Origin: Polyangiales bacterium
GTDB taxonomy: Bacteria; Myxococcota_A; Polyangia; Polyangiales; JADJQN01
DNA length: 64,000 nucleotides
Direction of reading: 5' to 3'
Assembly (NCBI GenBank): GCA_964202905.1
Contig: CAXNJO010000005.1
Coordinates: forward strand, 96,001 to 160,000
In this document: positions 63,389-64,000 of the stretch, one piece after another
How positions within the stretch are numbered: the first letter of the stretch is position 1
Layout: each line of letters opens with the position of its first letter
The notes under the pieces: model-generated
The model's database searches: none
What the model was told of the DNA's origin: nothing
What the model saw: the letters and a program-made list of their open reading frames with translations, nothing else
Position numbers and translations under genes: made by a program

Positions 63389-64000
63389 TCACCCGCGCGT
63401 CCGGCGCCGGCGCATGCGTGCGGCAAGCACGACGAGCGCGCTCAGCCAGGCGGCGACGAGCGCGCCATTCTCGTCGTGCGTGCCCGCACCCGCCGCGCGA
63501 CACCCGCAACCATCCTCGATCGGCGTCACCGTCGGGACCGACGCGTCGATCCCCGCATCGGGCACCTCCACCGCGCCGTCCACGTCGACGCCCGCGTCGT
63601 CCCCGACGGGCACGCCCGCGTCCGTCTCCGCCGCACAGCGCTCCGCACTCGTGCACGCGTCCGCCGAGGCAGCCGGCTCACCCGTGCCGAAGTCGCAGAG
63701 CTCGCCGTCGTCGACGACCCCGTCACCGCAGAACGCGCGCTTGCACGTCGTGCGGCACGCGCCCGTGTTGGTGTCGGAGTTGAGGTCGCCGTCGTCGCAC
63801 TCCTCGCCCGTGTCGAGGACGGAGTCGCCGCAGAACGCGCGCACGCAGCGCGCGCGACACGCATCGACCGCCGTGTCGGAGTTCGACCCCGCGTCGTCGC
63901 ACTCCTCGCCGGCGCTCGAGTCGATGAGGCCGTCCCCGCAGGTCGCGGCGCAGGTGCTCACCGTCAGCTCGGGCTCGAAGCACGCGTAGCCCGGCTCGAC
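63389..64000 (-). CDS. C-terminus of a second DUF4215/MYXO-CTERM surface protein (5' part outside the window)
   Basis: CGDGLID..GEECDD repeats; [29 protein letters not shown]; similar to 58082-58700. Confidence 0.85.
   Translation of the reverse strand, partial: VEPGYACFEPELTVSTCAATCGDGLIDSSAGEECDDAGSNSDTAVDACRARCVRAFCGDSVLDTGEECDDGDLNSDTNTGACRTTCKRAFCGDGVVDDGELCDFGTGEPAASADACTSAERCAAETDAGVPVGDDAGVDVDGAVEVPDAGIDASVPTVTPIEDGCGCRAAGAGTHDENGALVAAWLSALVVLAARMRRRRTRG

Overview
Very GC-rich chromosomal window, most likely from a myxobacterium (Myxococcota, probably Polyangiales/Sandaracinaceae-like), judged from MYXO-CTERM tails, Cys-rich lipoproteins with DAG linkers, an FHA-sigma54 activator and a Ser/Thr kinase. 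Housekeeping genes (uvrC, pyk, cysK, UbiD family, acyl-CoA dehydrogenase/thiolase, crotonase, AlaX, PpiC) are mixed with c-di-GMP and two-component signalling genes (FIST + hybrid kinase + diguanylate cyclase, PilZ, HD-GYP). There is a seven-gene polyamine cluster (speD, DUF4178, small peptide, DUF350, membrane speE, Tat flavin oxidase, His-motif membrane protein) and a decayed HTH/PIN module next to an AlbA_2/Schlafen gene. Repeat-built surface proteins are unusually dense. The most notable are a family of four FG-GAP/integrin-like propeller genes (one with seven nearly identical 210-bp blades that vary mainly at three windows) and a ~5.3-kb MYXO-CTERM-anchored EGF-repeat protein tipped by a temptin-like domain with a CxxCH motif. 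A perfect 20-bp palindrome occurs twice between genes. Many genes carry single-base frameshifts, probably assembly errors. No rRNA, tRNA, CRISPR array, integrase or transposase was recognised. All family assignments come from motif recognition by eye, not from database searches.
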